Shown here piece after piece: positions 1-12,529 of a DNA stretch of 64,000 nt. The notes under the pieces were generated by a model that saw nothing but the letters and a program-made list of their open reading frames with translations, made no database searches and was not told the origin of the DNA. The position numbers were made by a program, and so were the translations under genes. Each line of letters begins with the position of its first letter. Positions within the stretch are counted from its first letter, which is position 1. Origin of the DNA: Monocercomonoides exilis PA203 (taxonomy: Eukaryota > Protista > Preaxostyla); NCBI GenBank assembly GCA_001643675.2, contig LSRY02000040.1:310001-374000 (forward strand), written 5' to 3'.

Positions 1-830
1 TGGAAAATTCGAAAATACCACTGAGAAAAATCTTGATGATTGTTTTATATTATTTCATTGGTATATCAGCCGCACACATTGGTGAACTGCTTGAATAAGA
101 AAAATCACAATTCATAATTGGACGAATGTTATTCGAGTCAGATGCACATCAATATGGAACGAAAATCAAGCCATCATAGGATGGCTGGGAAGAATTGTGG
201 AGATTAATGAAGTTGTTTGGATGTGCAGAAAGTTTGGGCAAAGGATAAAGAAGAGTTAAATTTGTATATTTGGAACTGTGGAAAGGAAACCAGAGGGATG
301 AGCAAGAAAGAATTTTGTAATAATCTTGCCAAATAGGAAGGCAGAGACATTTGTTCCAATAATACGAGCCAAAATTCTTCCTGAAACTTGGATGATGAGC
401 GATGAATGGAAGGCTTATGCTGGATTGAAGGATTATTGTTTCGCTCATGATACTGTCTGTCACAAGCGAGAATTCAAAAAGTGAAATTAAACATGCCTGC
501 ACAAACACAGTCGAAGTTTTGTGGATTAATTTACGGAAAATTTTTCAAAGTTTTGGATGAAGAAAAAAGTATCTTGGTGACTATTTATCTATGTGGCTGG
601 TCAGAAGAAACTTACAAATACAATAAGAGGATCTGATAAAGGAAATCGTCTTCGATAAAACAGAAAAAGAAAACGAATTGAATGAATCTGAAAGTGAAGA
701 AAGTGACTCGACAGAATCAGTGCCAGAATCTGATATATTAGATAAAAATGAAATTCTTCAAATGACAGAATTTTAAGAATCAGATTCACTTGGAGCTGGG
801 GACAGTGCAAGTGCATCAGAATTTGACCCC
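1..830 (+). pseudogene. Merlin / IS1595 (ISXO2-like) DDE transposase, degenerate, truncated by window start
   Basis: Manual translation across stops and frameshifts gives IGWLGRIVEINEVVW..RKF, IFGTVER, SDEWKAYAGL..HDTVCH and ACTNTVEVLW, the ordered ISXO2 motifs. Confidence 0.8.
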
Positions 831-1502
831 ATGGAAGTTGATTAATTAATTATAATTAAAATTTTTCATTTTTGAAAATTCGTTCACCCATTTTTTCCTC
901 AATTTTTCAATTTTTTATTTTTGACTTTTCTGTCAACTTCAGCACATCTCTGATGCATGAAAACATGATGTCTGTTATTAACATTACTCTTATATTTATT
1001 TCACAAAAAATAGACTATTCCCAATATTATTTTGTCTTGTAAGAAAAAATTTCTGGATGAAAAAACCAACTCGCATTCAAAATGTTGAAACCTAATATAA
1101 AATAACAGTGACAGAAATAAATAAACATAAATAGAAAATTTCACAAATCTAAATATAAAGTAATAAAAATAAAAAATTAAAAAAAAAAAACAAAAACAAA
1201 AAAATTTAAACTTATTTCTAAAAAACTATTGAATAAATGAAGCTGAAAACAAACGTTTGAACAACAAGAATGATTAGCAAAACATTGAAAATCCAAAAAA
1301 CAAAAAACAAAAATATCATTTGAAATGTTAAAGAACTCAAAATATCATAATATCAACAAGAAAAAACTCTTCGAATGATGAACATATTTAAAATTTCAAT
1401 AAAGCAAACTGATATTTGATAGAATATTGCATGAACAAACAATAATCATAATCAAACTTATCACATAATTTTTGACTTTTTGACCTAAAAATAGATCTTA
1501 TC

Positions 1503-1602
1503 AACTCAGTTTCGACTAATTCATATCAAATAAGACCGACTAAATGCAAATTGATTGAGTCAAATCAAAATTATGCATTCAATTCAAAAAATCTCATTTT
1601 CC
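1503..1602 (+). repeat. ~100-bp cassette, probable right end of an older Harbinger-like element
   Basis: Near-identical to ~24205-24306 (and mirror ~31747-31848); diverged copy at ~9610-9700. Always directly precedes an AGAA(C/A)TT left end and contains the AGTCAAATCAA motif of the element TIR. Confidence 0.65.
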
Positions 1603-1605
1603 AAA

Positions 1606-3959
1606 AGAACTTGATTGATTTGACTTCGTCAAATGGCATTAGATCGGTCAACATCCAATAAGATCGATCTAATGCCATTGAGACTCAGTCAAATTGGATG
1701 TGACTCAGTCACATCCGATCATTTTCATTCTGGTTGTGATGATCACTTAAAAAATAAATGTCTTATTTGTGTCATTTCACTTGCTTGTTTCTATTTTTTT
1801 TTCAAAATGTCTCAATCAACTTTTTTAGACATATTTGAGAGAGTGGAAAAGAGAAATGCTATCACTGCACCAGTGCACATCACTCCTTCACCTGCAAAAA
1901 AATCTCTCATCGAATCTGCTTGCAAATATATGAAAGTTGATAAAACTCATGCATTTTTCCGACTCACCGGATTTGCTCGTTTTGAATTTGATTTGCTGTA
2001 TCAGTTTTAAAGTGAAGAAATCCCTCTTCGTCGGGGAAAAGAAAAAACAATTGAAAAATTTGAGGATCAACTCTTTCTTCTTTTGAATTTTTTGCATCTT
2101 GGATCAACATCCTTCACTCATTTTCTCGTTTCTTCTTTTTATGAAACACAAAATTCAACAATAAAATTACTTCACAGCATTGTTCAAAATATAAAAGTCA
2201 ATCTGATCGATTTGTTCATCACATTTCGACCAGACAGATTAGATGATATGAGAGATGTGGGTGTTGTGGTTGACTGCACAGTTCTTCCAATCAACAGACC
2301 AGCTGGAAGCTTGCAGTTTGGAACAAAATTCTACAGCGGGAAACATCATATCTACTGCGTGAAGGCTGAAGTTGGTGTAAACCCGCGCACCGGAACGGCC
2401 AGCACTGTCAGTTCCATTCATACAGGCTCAACACATGACTTTTCAATTTTCAAGGAGCATTTCCCACAATTCAAGGCGCAGCTTGGTGGCTCAAAGGTGC
2501 TGGCGGACTCGGCATACATCGGGGCGAGGGCTGATTTGGATGCATATATTACGAAACCTGTCGGAACTCCTCAGCTGGCATCGCGGCGAGTCATTGTTGA
2601 GCGTTATTTTGGTCGTTTGAAGACTCTCTTCGCTGTCTTTCGCCACAATTGGCCATTTCAGGTGGAAAAGATTGCTGACTACTTCATTGTTACATGCGCA
2701 CTGACAAACTTCCACATCCTTCACAACCCATTAACTGGACTTGACTGCGAAGCCAATCAGAGGTTCATCAACGAACTTTACCTAATTACAACAAGAAAAA
2801 CAGAAGCAAGGAGACTTGTCAACGATAGATATCGGGCTAAACTTAAGAATAGACTCAACCCAGAGGTCTCTCCAACTTCTAGAATAACAGTTCTGCTTGC
2901 AGAAGAAGCTGGCGTGAATTTTTATTTTTTACCCATATTATTCTTTATAACGTTTAATTTCTTCTTTTTCATATTTCAATAACCATAACTATCTTTTTCA
3001 GGTGATTCTGGTGACCAACAAACCCAAAATTGTGAAAAAGAAGAGAAAGAGGAAGAAAAAGAAGAAAAAGAAGAAAAGGAAAAGAAAAAGAAAATTTTTA
3101 TTGAAGAAAAAGAAAAAAGAAATGAAATTATTATGTTGAATAGTGAAAATGATGAAATAGAAGATGAAAGAAATTATATTGTAGGCACATGGTTCATTCC
3201 AAACCAATGGAAAATTCTTCGCCTTCTTCAACAATCTTCTTCTTCAACTTTTCCTTCTTCTTCATGTTCATCATCTGATGAAAAAAGAAAAAGAGTAAGT
3301 GAATCATCTTTTCAATCTCTTTTAGCAAATAAAAAATGAGTTTTTTCTTATTTTTTAATATAAGCATTCACCTTCATCACATTTTTTGATAATCACAATA
3401 CACTTTTTCTGTTTCAGAAAAAATTTGTTTTTGTTATTATTAAACATACTTAAAAATATAAAAAATTTTGATTGAAAATTGTTTTAAACTCTTTGAAACT
3501 TAAAATAAAAAATGAAAAAATGAAATGAATGAAAATGAACATTTAAACAAACACGAATATGCAAATATTTAAAAATATATTCAAATAAGCTATTACTGTT
3601 GTTTTTTTTGTGAAAAAGTTGGTAATCCTTACAAAAAATACGTAAAAACTTGTTATAAATGCATAGTATTAAAAATAGATAAAAGTGAAAAAACTGATCA
3701 AAAATGGCTTTTATAATATCTAATAAACACACAAACCAAATTCTGAAACACAACTAAAAACATTGGTAAAGAAATTAACAAAACAAAAAAAGTTTAGATC
3801 ACAACACTCAAAACAAATTTAATTGATAATTCCGAAGCTGAAAACATGTGAGATTGAGGGAAATTCGATTAAAAATAGATAAATTCGATAAACCAGACAA
3901 AAATTGATTTGACTGAGTTATATTTTCGCGACTCAGTCAAATCAATCAAGTTTGATTTC
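1606..3959 (+). mobile_element. PIF/Harbinger-IS5-like DNA transposon, copy H1 (~2.35 kb, single ORF)
   Basis: TIRs AGAACTTGATTGATTTGACT (1606) / AGTCAAATCAATCAAGTT (~3952); body near-identical to 25271-27612 and 28423-30767; encodes a DDE_Tnp_4-type transposase. Confidence 0.9.
1807..3339 (+). pseudogene. DDE_Tnp_4 (Harbinger/IS5-like) transposase, two exons (1807-2911, 3002-3339), one in-frame TAA at 2008-2010
   Basis: MSQSTF start; FFRLTGF..FDLL N-terminal motif; VVDCT, FYSGKHH, GSTHD, LADSAYIG, RVIVERYFGRLK. Frame is continuous through the TAA. Removing 2912-3001 joins to the acidic/Ser-rich tail ending LANKK-TGA. Confidence 0.85.
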
Positions 3960-3960
3960 A

Positions 3961-5646
3961 TAGTCGGGGTGGAAACCCGAGCCAGGGAGGAAACCCGAGC
4001 CAGTGATCTTTTCATGAATAAAAATATTTTTTCCATTTTTTTGTTAAAATTTTTGAAATTGAGTTTTTATTTATGCAAAATAATAAAAAAATACAATATT
4101 TCTTCATTGCACATGTTAAAAATATTCAATTGAATTGAAAAAAAAGAAAGATAATGAAAAATAAAGAAGAATAACAAAGATCAAAAGTTGTTTATTTAAA
4201 AAGGTTTTCAAGCCTATCGGAAGCTCTGTAAACTGCTCCATAAGATGCACCTTCAGGAGCTTTTTTTGGCTCAATTTCGGATTGAGCCCATTCTGGAGGT
4301 GAATCTGGAAGGTGTCTGAGAATATCTTCTTTTTCATTGGCCACATTCCGCTCACTCTCCATGATGCGATAATCGTCTCTGGATAGCTTGCTGCAGCTAT
4401 TCCATTTTAAAGAACTTTCACAAAGGCTTCTCTTCTCGCAGATGCTGAAGAAACCATGCCACAATCCTTTGATTTTGAAAAAACGCGCTTCATATTGGCA
4501 AAAATGAATTGATCGTTTGATTGGAGAATGTGGGATGTATGAGATGGTAATTTTATCAAATCAATTAAGTTATATCTGCATTCTTTCTTTATATCTTCCT
4601 GAAAATGGCCAACTCCTCCGTCCATAATGAGAGCTGCATGTCAAAAATTTTCTCCAATCTGATTCTTTTTTTTCAATATTTCCGGCAGAAAATATTTTCT
4701 GAATAATTCCAGAAATAGTTTTGAAGTGAGATGTCCATTTGCAGTTGGTATAAAAACCTCAAGTGAGGTTGAAGCAAGTCTGTATTCGTGGGGAATTGTT
4801 TTTAATGGGATCAGAACTGGAGTAATATATCTGCAGCCATCCGCACTTGTCATAAATACGATGGTTGTAGAAGATGGAAGAGATGGCTCAGCAATAAAAA
4901 ATGAAGGAGTGGAAGAAGATGATGCTACCAAATCTTGCTCCGAGTCGGAAAAGGATGTTGATGTTTCGTCGATGTTAAAAATCAATTGTGGTAGAGGTTT
5001 TATTTGCTGTATATACAAATCATAACAATTAAAAAATGGATTCAAAACCATTTTGCATGTGTGCGCCACACGTCCAATTGGTAAAGCTTTAGGCTTGACC
5101 AATTCAATTTTTGGATGTCTGGTTAAAAATCTATCGATCCAATGTTTGTCCACCTTTTTTGTATCTTCATCATCTTTTCGCTTCTTCAATAACAACTCGT
5201 TGGCCTAAATAAAAAAAATCGTTAAATAAAAATATAAAAACAATGCATTGAAACCATTTGCTCTATGAATTTCTTTGTTGGATTTTTTCCACTGCGCGCC
5301 TCTTCCAATATTTGCTGTTCAAAATCATCCTCTTCTGAAATGGTAAAAAGAGTCGGTCTTCCGCACTTTCTTATTTTTCTACCTTCGTTTCTCGCTTTGA
5401 TAGCTCTTTGCAATGATCCACGTGAAATTAATTTGCACTCCTCAATTTCTTGCTCAGAAAAGTTTAAAATGTCATAGGCATATATTACTTTGATAGTATC
5501 GTCTTTCATTGAACGCATTTCACTTGTAGCCAACAGCCTGGCCAAAGAGGGTTTAACCTTCTCCATTATGATCAAAAAACTTTATTTGAAAAATTTGATC
5601 AAAGTGGCTCGGGTTTCCTCCCTAGCTCGGGTTTCCACCCAAACTA
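3961..5646 (-). mobile_element. pogo/Tigger-type DNA transposon P1 (~1.69 kb), frameshifted DDE_1 transposase at 4192-5566 with one intron
   Basis: ~42-bp TIRs TAGTCGGGGTGGAAACCCGAGCCAGGGAGGAAACCCGAGCCA; motifs FNIDETS, MDGGVGH, LPSHTSHILQSNDQ; intron ~5207-5254 between EQM and ANE. Confidence 0.9.
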
Positions 5647-5843
5647 GAACTAAAACTATTTTATTTAGTCATTTGGTGTTAGATAAATCCAATACCATTT
5701 AAATGAACATAAAACAAAAATAATAAATAAAAAACTGTTTTTACAAAGTCAAAACTATTAAATTAAATCATGGGTACATTTTTGATCGTTTGAAAAAGAT
5801 GAATAAAGTGTTGCATTGTTTTTGACATTTTGAAAAGAGTGAA

Positions 5844-7404
5844 ATGATACATCAAAACAATTTAATGGATGTTCTGAAATGTGTGGAAAAAAGGAATGTC
5901 ATTCCGACACATATTCATGCAACAAAAGAAGAAAAAAGCACAACAATCATCGAAATAGCTTGTTCGAAATTTTTGGATAAGTCAACTGGGTTTTTCAGAT
6001 TGACTGGATTTTGTAGTTCTGTTTTCGACTTGTTTCTTTGTCTTCTTTCATCCTCAGCATAACCACATCGTGGAAGGGCAAAATCAATCGAATCTTTGGA
6101 TGAACAATTATTCTTGCTGCTCACTTTTCTTCATCACGGTTCAACAACACTCACACTCATATTATCATCACCTTTCTATGAAACTCAAAACGCTATTGTC
6201 CGACTTCTTCACAGTATTGTTTCTCATTTCAGAGCTCCATTGGCAGATTTGTTTTTGATATTTTATCCTGAAGTTTTGGAGGAGTCGAAAGATGTGAGAA
6301 TTGTTGTTGATTGTTCTGTCATTCCGACAAACAGACCCGGAGGAAAGCTGGAATATTGTAAAAAATATTACACAGGAATATGCCACATCTGCAACGTCAA
6401 AGTGGAGGTGGGAGTGAACCACAAGGTGGGGACAGCAAGCACAATCAGCTCCATCTTCACTGGTTTGACAAATGATTTCACTATTTTCAACGAGCACTAC
6501 ACGACATTCGAGCACAGGCTGGGAGGAACAAAGATTTTAGCTGATTCTGCTTTCATTGGAGCAAAACCAGAGCTTGAAGCCATCATCACAAAGCCAGTTG
6601 GAACTCCAGAATTGGCCACACATCGCGTTATCGTGGAAAGATTTTTCGGAAGACTCAAAACACTCTTCATTATCTTCCATCATCCATGGATTTATAAAAT
6701 GGAGTGTGTTGCAGTCTATTTTTCAGTGGCTTGCTGCCTTATAAACTTTCATATCTTGCACAATCCACTCACAAAGAAAGATGCAGAAACAAATTCATTG
6801 TTTTTGGAGGAGTTATATTCGAATTACTTGAGAAAAGTTGATGCAAAGAAGGCGGCCAATGCTTGATATTTTTCTAAAATGAAAAATAAACTTAATCCAG
6901 TAAATACCCTGACACCCACAATAACTACAATTTTGGGAGAAATTGGAGGCTTATCTTTCACTTTCATACCATTATTTTTTATTTTCTTTTTCTATTTTTT
7001 AATTTTTATAATCATTTTTCCGTATTTTTTTATTTTAGATGCTTCTGATGATGATCTGAGGGCGTACGAAGCAGAAATAGCAAAAGAAAGAAGAGAAAGA
7101 GTGAACTGCGAAGTTTTAGAACAAAGAAGTTAGCAAAGGGAACAGGTTTTGGAAAAAGAAAGAAAAGATTTTGATGAAAATCAAAATTGTGATAATTCAC
7201 AAGCTTGGCACCTTCCGCAACAATACAAATCGATAAGTATTTTTTTCTCCATCTTCAACTCAACCTTTTCCTTCATTTTCACAAACACAACCTTCTTCTT
7301 CCTTTTCATCATCATCCTTATCTACTGCTTCTTCTTCCTCTTCTGTAGATTCAAAACAAAATAAACCCCCATCTGTTCTCCAATCGTTGCTGAATAAAAA
7401 GTGA
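5844..7404 (+). pseudogene. DDE_Tnp_4 transposase of H2, several stops, intron 6949-7038
   Basis: Collinear homology to H1: VEKRN, FFRLTGF, VVDCS, LADSAFIG, RVIVERFFGRLK, C-terminal QSLLNKK-TGA. Confidence 0.85.
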
Positions 7405-8069
7405 TAGTCATTGAAATTTTATTTGAATTCTTTTTTCTTCCATCTCTCTTTTTAATAATCTCTATTAATTAATATTTCCAACTCTGAATTTATTTTTTTT
7501 AATGAAAAACAAAAATTGTGTTTATTTATAAAATTTCTATGTATTTGTTAATTTTCAATACAAAACATACACCAAAAATTATTCAAAATGAGAATTTTAG
7601 CAATCAAATTAATAATTTTTCAAACGAAACAAAAATTTTTGAATTCAAAATGAAAAATAAATTTAAATTAAAAAATTTCAATATTTTTCAAAATTTTTAT
7701 TCAATTATTGAACATTTGACAAAATTATCAGTTCTCATTTTTTATTTCCATAAACTTTCTTCAATATATTATAAAAAAAATATATTTGATGAATAGTTCG
7801 AATATTTGTAGTGAATAATTTTTCTGATGTGATAAATCTCTGTTGATGTTAAATGGAATATTTTCTTAAAGAAGTTATGAAATCAAAAATTTTATTATTA
7901 GAACGTTTTTGGATTAAAAAAGTGTTGAATACGTTATTAAAAAATTGTTTTCGAAAGAAAAATAAAGTGAAGAAAAGAAAACAATAAAAAGAAAAACTTC
8001 ACTGTTCTGAATAAAAAATATAAACAAATTGAAGTTTAATCAACTCCAAGATCAAAGTTTTTTTCTTGT

Positions 8070-9495
8070 TCAGAAAGTTGTTTTTGATATAATATATGAA
8101 TCAGTGATCTCTGTTATTGTAGAAGTCTGCTCCTCTGTGTCTTGTGAAAAAAATGTTTTTGCTTGTTGCTGGTTGAATAGTGTTGAAGCTGGAACAATAT
8201 CTGAAGATGAAGAAGCTGATTCATAAGGAACAATTTGGTTTTCGCTATTGTCTTCAGTGATTTCTTCTTCTTTCAATTCATTATAATCAGAAATCAATCT
8301 GTTGTATGAATCGCACAAGTCTTTTCATTGTTGAGCTAATGGAATGAAATGTAATTGTTCATATTTTATACACCTATCAACATCTTTTCTTTTTGTTATT
8401 TCCACCGAATCTGCAAGAAACATGACAAGCTGAGCGCTTGTGTGAATGTTTGCAGATATCTTCAATCGTGACTTCAAAATTCCGAACACATATTCAATTG
8501 GATTCAGCTCGCAACTGTTTGGAGCAGTGTGAAGTGTTTGATAATTCTTTGACGCAATGAGATTTCTAACATTTTCTGTTTTGTGCAATCCATCGTTGTC
8601 CAAAACGAATACACATGATTCAGATTTGAACGGTTTCAATTTTGCCATCAATGAAAGAGAAATTCTTGAAAGATATCTTCATTAAAGCTCCCTTCAACAA
8701 ATGTTTCATGCGGAATTCCAAGTAATTCGTTAAAAGCTGTTATAGCAGCAACAGTTTCAACTTTTGATTTTTCTCTGAACTGGATACATCTTGTTCCGAC
8801 TGGAGATCTTCTTTCTGTTAGAAATTCTAATGTTTTAAATCCTGTCTCATCAATGAAAATCATAATTCTTCCTTCAGCTCAGTTTTGCATGTTCTTTCTA
8901 ACATATTCATTTCGTTGTTCTATTGTGGCAGGACAAGCTCTTGCATTTTCATTTTTGCTCAACATTTTCATTGTAAACTTTGGACATCCATGTTTAATCA
9001 TTTTGTTTGATTTTGTATGTCTGGTTATTGTCGAAATTGAAGGCATTGACTTACAAAGATCTGACACAGATTCTGATAATTCTCGTGCAGTCATTGTAGG
9101 GTTTTCAAGGATCATCTTTGCCATTTTCTTTGATGCGTCTGATGTTATTCTTCATAAACATGCCCTCCTCGTGGTTTAGGTGGTTGAATTTCATTAACAA
9201 TTCTTGTATCGATGGCAATACTTCCGTTTTATTTTTTCGATAATTCCAACAACTTCTTTCCTTCCTTTTTGTCTTGCTTCAATATATTCCTCATATTTTC
9301 TGTTAATTGTACGTAAGGCTTTTGAATCTTTTTTGGATTAGGTGGGTTTGTTGTTGGACGTCCTCTTTTACTCTTTTTATTTTGGAACTCAATTTTAGGA
9401 AGCATCACATCAACATTATGATTCGAATCAGAAGAAGAGATGTTGAAAATAAACAATAAATACTTTAAACAATCAAAAAAAGAATTCACATACAT
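8070..9495 (-). pseudogene. Tc1/mariner-IS630 (DDE_3) transposase, frameshifted
   Basis: ORF fragments with IFIDETGF, FVLDNDGLHK, PNSCELNPIEYVFGILK and an HTH-like ILENPTMTAREL. TIRs not located. Confidence 0.85.
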
Positions 9496-9703
9496 GTTGA
9501 ATTTCGAAGATCTCCCAACAAGGAAGAGAGTTTGAAAAATTAAGTCAACATCTTGATCGTTATTGACAAATAATTGTTTTCAAAAAAGATCAAAAAATTA
9601 TCTATTCAAATCAGATTTGATTAAGTCAAATCAAATAAGATTGACTAAATGCAAATTTTTTGAGTCAAATCAAAAATATGCACTCAATTTGAAAAGTTCA
9701 ACT

Positions 9704-12500
9704 AGAAATTCATTGATGTTTTTTAATTTATTTTCCTTTACTTAATCTCGAAACAAAGAGTTGGAGAAAATTAGAAAAAGTTCGAATCATATAAATTTGT
9801 TTGAGACACATCCGATAGTTGAATAAATGGGAACTCGATCCTAAGAAATTATATTCAAAAAATGGGAAATATTGATCCATTAACAACGTTTGTTTTTCGC
9901 TAATGTCTCAAACATCATTTCTCGAAGTCTTGAGTTCCGTCGAAAAGCGAAATGCAATTCCAGAACGAGTTGAAGTTGAAAAAAAAGGAGATAAAAGAAT
10001 CTGTTTTTGATTTAACAAAAAAGTTGAAATGTGAACTAATAACATCATATTTCCGATTAACAGGCTTTGCTCAGCTTGAATCCGATCTCCTTGAGAAGCT
10101 TCTAAGCGATGAGGTTTCTCACCACAGAGGAAAGGAAAGAGCAGTTAATGAATTCAGAGATCAGTTATTCCTTTTGATGAATTTTTCGCATGATGGTTCA
10201 AAAACATTAACTCATTTTTCAGCATCTTTTTTCTATCAAACAAATAATTCAACAGTCAAGTTGCTTCATTCAATTGTTTCCGATGTCATAGAGCCACTTC
10301 CCCATTCATTTTTGACATTCAGAGAGAATCGCTTAATCGATATGAATGATGTTGCAATTGTTCAGGATTGCACTGTTTTACCAATAAACAGGCCAGGAAG
10401 TGGTCCGATGAATATCAAAAAATTTCATAATGGTAAACATCACATCTATTGCGAAAAAGTCGAAATTGGCTTGAACCCTGATGTGGAACAGCCTGCACAA
10501 TAAGTCCAATCAAATAGGGTCCACTCATTGTTTTATAGTTTTAAAGGAGCATTATCTGCACTTCAAGGATCAACTTAAAGGTTCGAAAATTCTGGCTGAC
10601 TCTGCTTATATGTGGGCAAAGCCAGAGCTTGATGCAATTATGACGAAGTCTGAATGTACTCAAGAGTTGGCATCGAAAATAGTTAAAGGAGAACGGTTTT
10701 TTGGAAGTCTCAAGACGCTATTTCATTTACGGAGGCAGTGGACTTTTGAGGCTGAAATGATAACAGATTATTTTATTGTTGCCTGTTGTTAAACGAATGA
10801 CCATATTTTGAAAAATCCTTTGACTACTCACGATCTGGATGCAAATCAACGTTTTTAGATGCTCTGACAGTTGAGAATTTTAAAAGACAGAAGGCAAAGA
10901 ACATTGCCAATGAACAATACAGAGTTAAAATGAAAAACAGACTCAATCTGAGCCAAGTTCCTTCACCAAGATTAACAATTCTGCCTATTCAGGCAGATGG
11001 CGTGTGTTTAATTTTTAAACACATATTGTTCTTTTCCATGTTATTTATACTTTTTTTTATATTAATATGCCATAACTTTTCTTTTTTTGATGATTCAGAA
11101 GAATCTCAAAACCCAAAAGATATTCTGATCGAAGAAAATATTACGAAAGAAATGAAAAAGAAAGTTTCATTTGAAGAAAAAGATGATAGAGACAAAAAAA
11201 TAGAAAAAGAGAGTGGTATGACAAATAAAGAAAGAAAGGATACTTGAAATTAGCACTCCTGGTGTTTCCATAACCAGTGGATATCAACTCAATTATTTCG
11301 TGCATCATCCAGTTCCTCTGTCTCTTTATCAACAATTTTTTCAAATTCCTTTTGTCAACAACAAACACAAACACAGTTACAAGCTCTTCTCAAAGAAAAG
11401 CATTTAATATTTATTGTTTTTTCTTTTTCACATCATTAATTTTTAACTTTTTCAAAAATAAAACAGAAAGCTTTTGATAATGAGTTCTTGAATTTTTTTT
11501 TGACTTTATTTAACAAAAAATATAAAAGAAAACATTGAAATGCTATCAAATAACTGATAAACAAACAAAAATTGAAAAATTCATTAAGAAGAATATTTTT
11601 TTCAACAAATGTTTATTTTCAATTGATGAATTTATCAATTTCATAAATATAAACATGTTCATTCAAATTTATATTGTTTATTGTTGAATTTAGAGTCAGT
11701 ATATCTGGTTTAAATGTTTTATTCAAAAGAAGAATCAATATTGAACATAGGGGCGATTCTTTTTGAAAAGTTGCAAATGTTTAATTTTCAAATAAATCAA
11801 AAATTTCATATTTTGCTAAGCATTTTGTTCACAAATATCAAACTTCACTTAAATGGAATCTATATCTTGATAATGCTATTTCTAACATTCTTGAGGAGAT
11901 ATGAAAGTGGAAACAGAAATGTGAGCAAAACATGAAAATTTTGATTAAATTTGAAAATTTAACATTTGTGACATTTAAAAAAAAAAATCACACATATAAG
12001 GAATATTTATTGAAATCATAACTATTTTCGCTGTACAAAATTTCAAAGATTATCAATTTTTCGAAAAAAATATTTTATTCTAAAAAGAAAAAGAATGATA
12101 ATTGTTTTTAAAAACAAATGTTAGCACCGAATCAATGTGAGAAATGTTTTCAATTAATCTTTTCTCTTTTCTAAGTTCATTGGAAAATATTCATGACTAA
12201 TTTTTGAACAGAAATATTTGTATGAAAAAATGTGATAACATAAATAATCACAAAGGTTTTTTAAAAAAAGCAAATATGAAAGTTTCAAAAGTGGTATATA
12301 AACATTCACGTTGTCACACGTTTTAAATTTTCCAAGTGCAAGTGAAATATCTGGTAAACAAAATAAGAAAGATCATATCATAAAATAATAAAAATCCCCA
12401 ACTGGAAACAAAAAAATTAAAGAAAAGTTCAAAAAGTCAAAAAAAAATTCAAAAAGTTCTAACTTTATCAATGTGATTCAGTCGAATTTTTGTGATTCGA
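9704..12500 (+). mobile_element. Diverged Harbinger-like element H3 with transposase pseudogene (~9903-11400)
   Basis: Left end AGAAATTCATTGATG vs H1 AGAACTTGATTGATT; MSQTSFLEVL..VEKRNAI, YFRLTGF, VQDCT, LADSAY, ERFFGSLK. Right end approximate (GTGATTCAGTCGAAT ~12474). Confidence 0.75.
11751..11993. mobile_element. ~240-bp GGG...CCC fold-back MITE (degenerate)
   Basis: Long imperfect TIRs; homologous to 32597-32836 and 33929-34167; flanks ATAG/ATAT. Confidence 0.75.
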
Positions 12501-12529
12501 AAAAATGAATGATGTTCTCGTTCTTCCAT

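Larger units (their letters stand above)
5647..9700 (+). mobile_element. Diverged Harbinger-like element H2 (right boundary inferred; appears to contain a nested Tc1/IS630 remnant)
   Basis: Left end (A)GAACT..TGGTGTTAGAT resembles the H1 left end. Right end assigned to the cassette ending AAGTTCA at 9700. Confidence 0.55.

Noticed and set aside
2008-2010. TAA reassigned to Gln (alternative genetic code)
   Set aside because: TAA ends the homologous pogo ORFs at equivalent C-termini (4192, 14405, 44878), and the H1 TAA aligns with Leu in H3.
1888-3753. Second (Myb/SANT-like) Harbinger ORF among the short antisense or 3' ORFs
   Set aside because: These ORFs are shadows of the transposase or low-complexity AT-rich frames with no recognisable domain.
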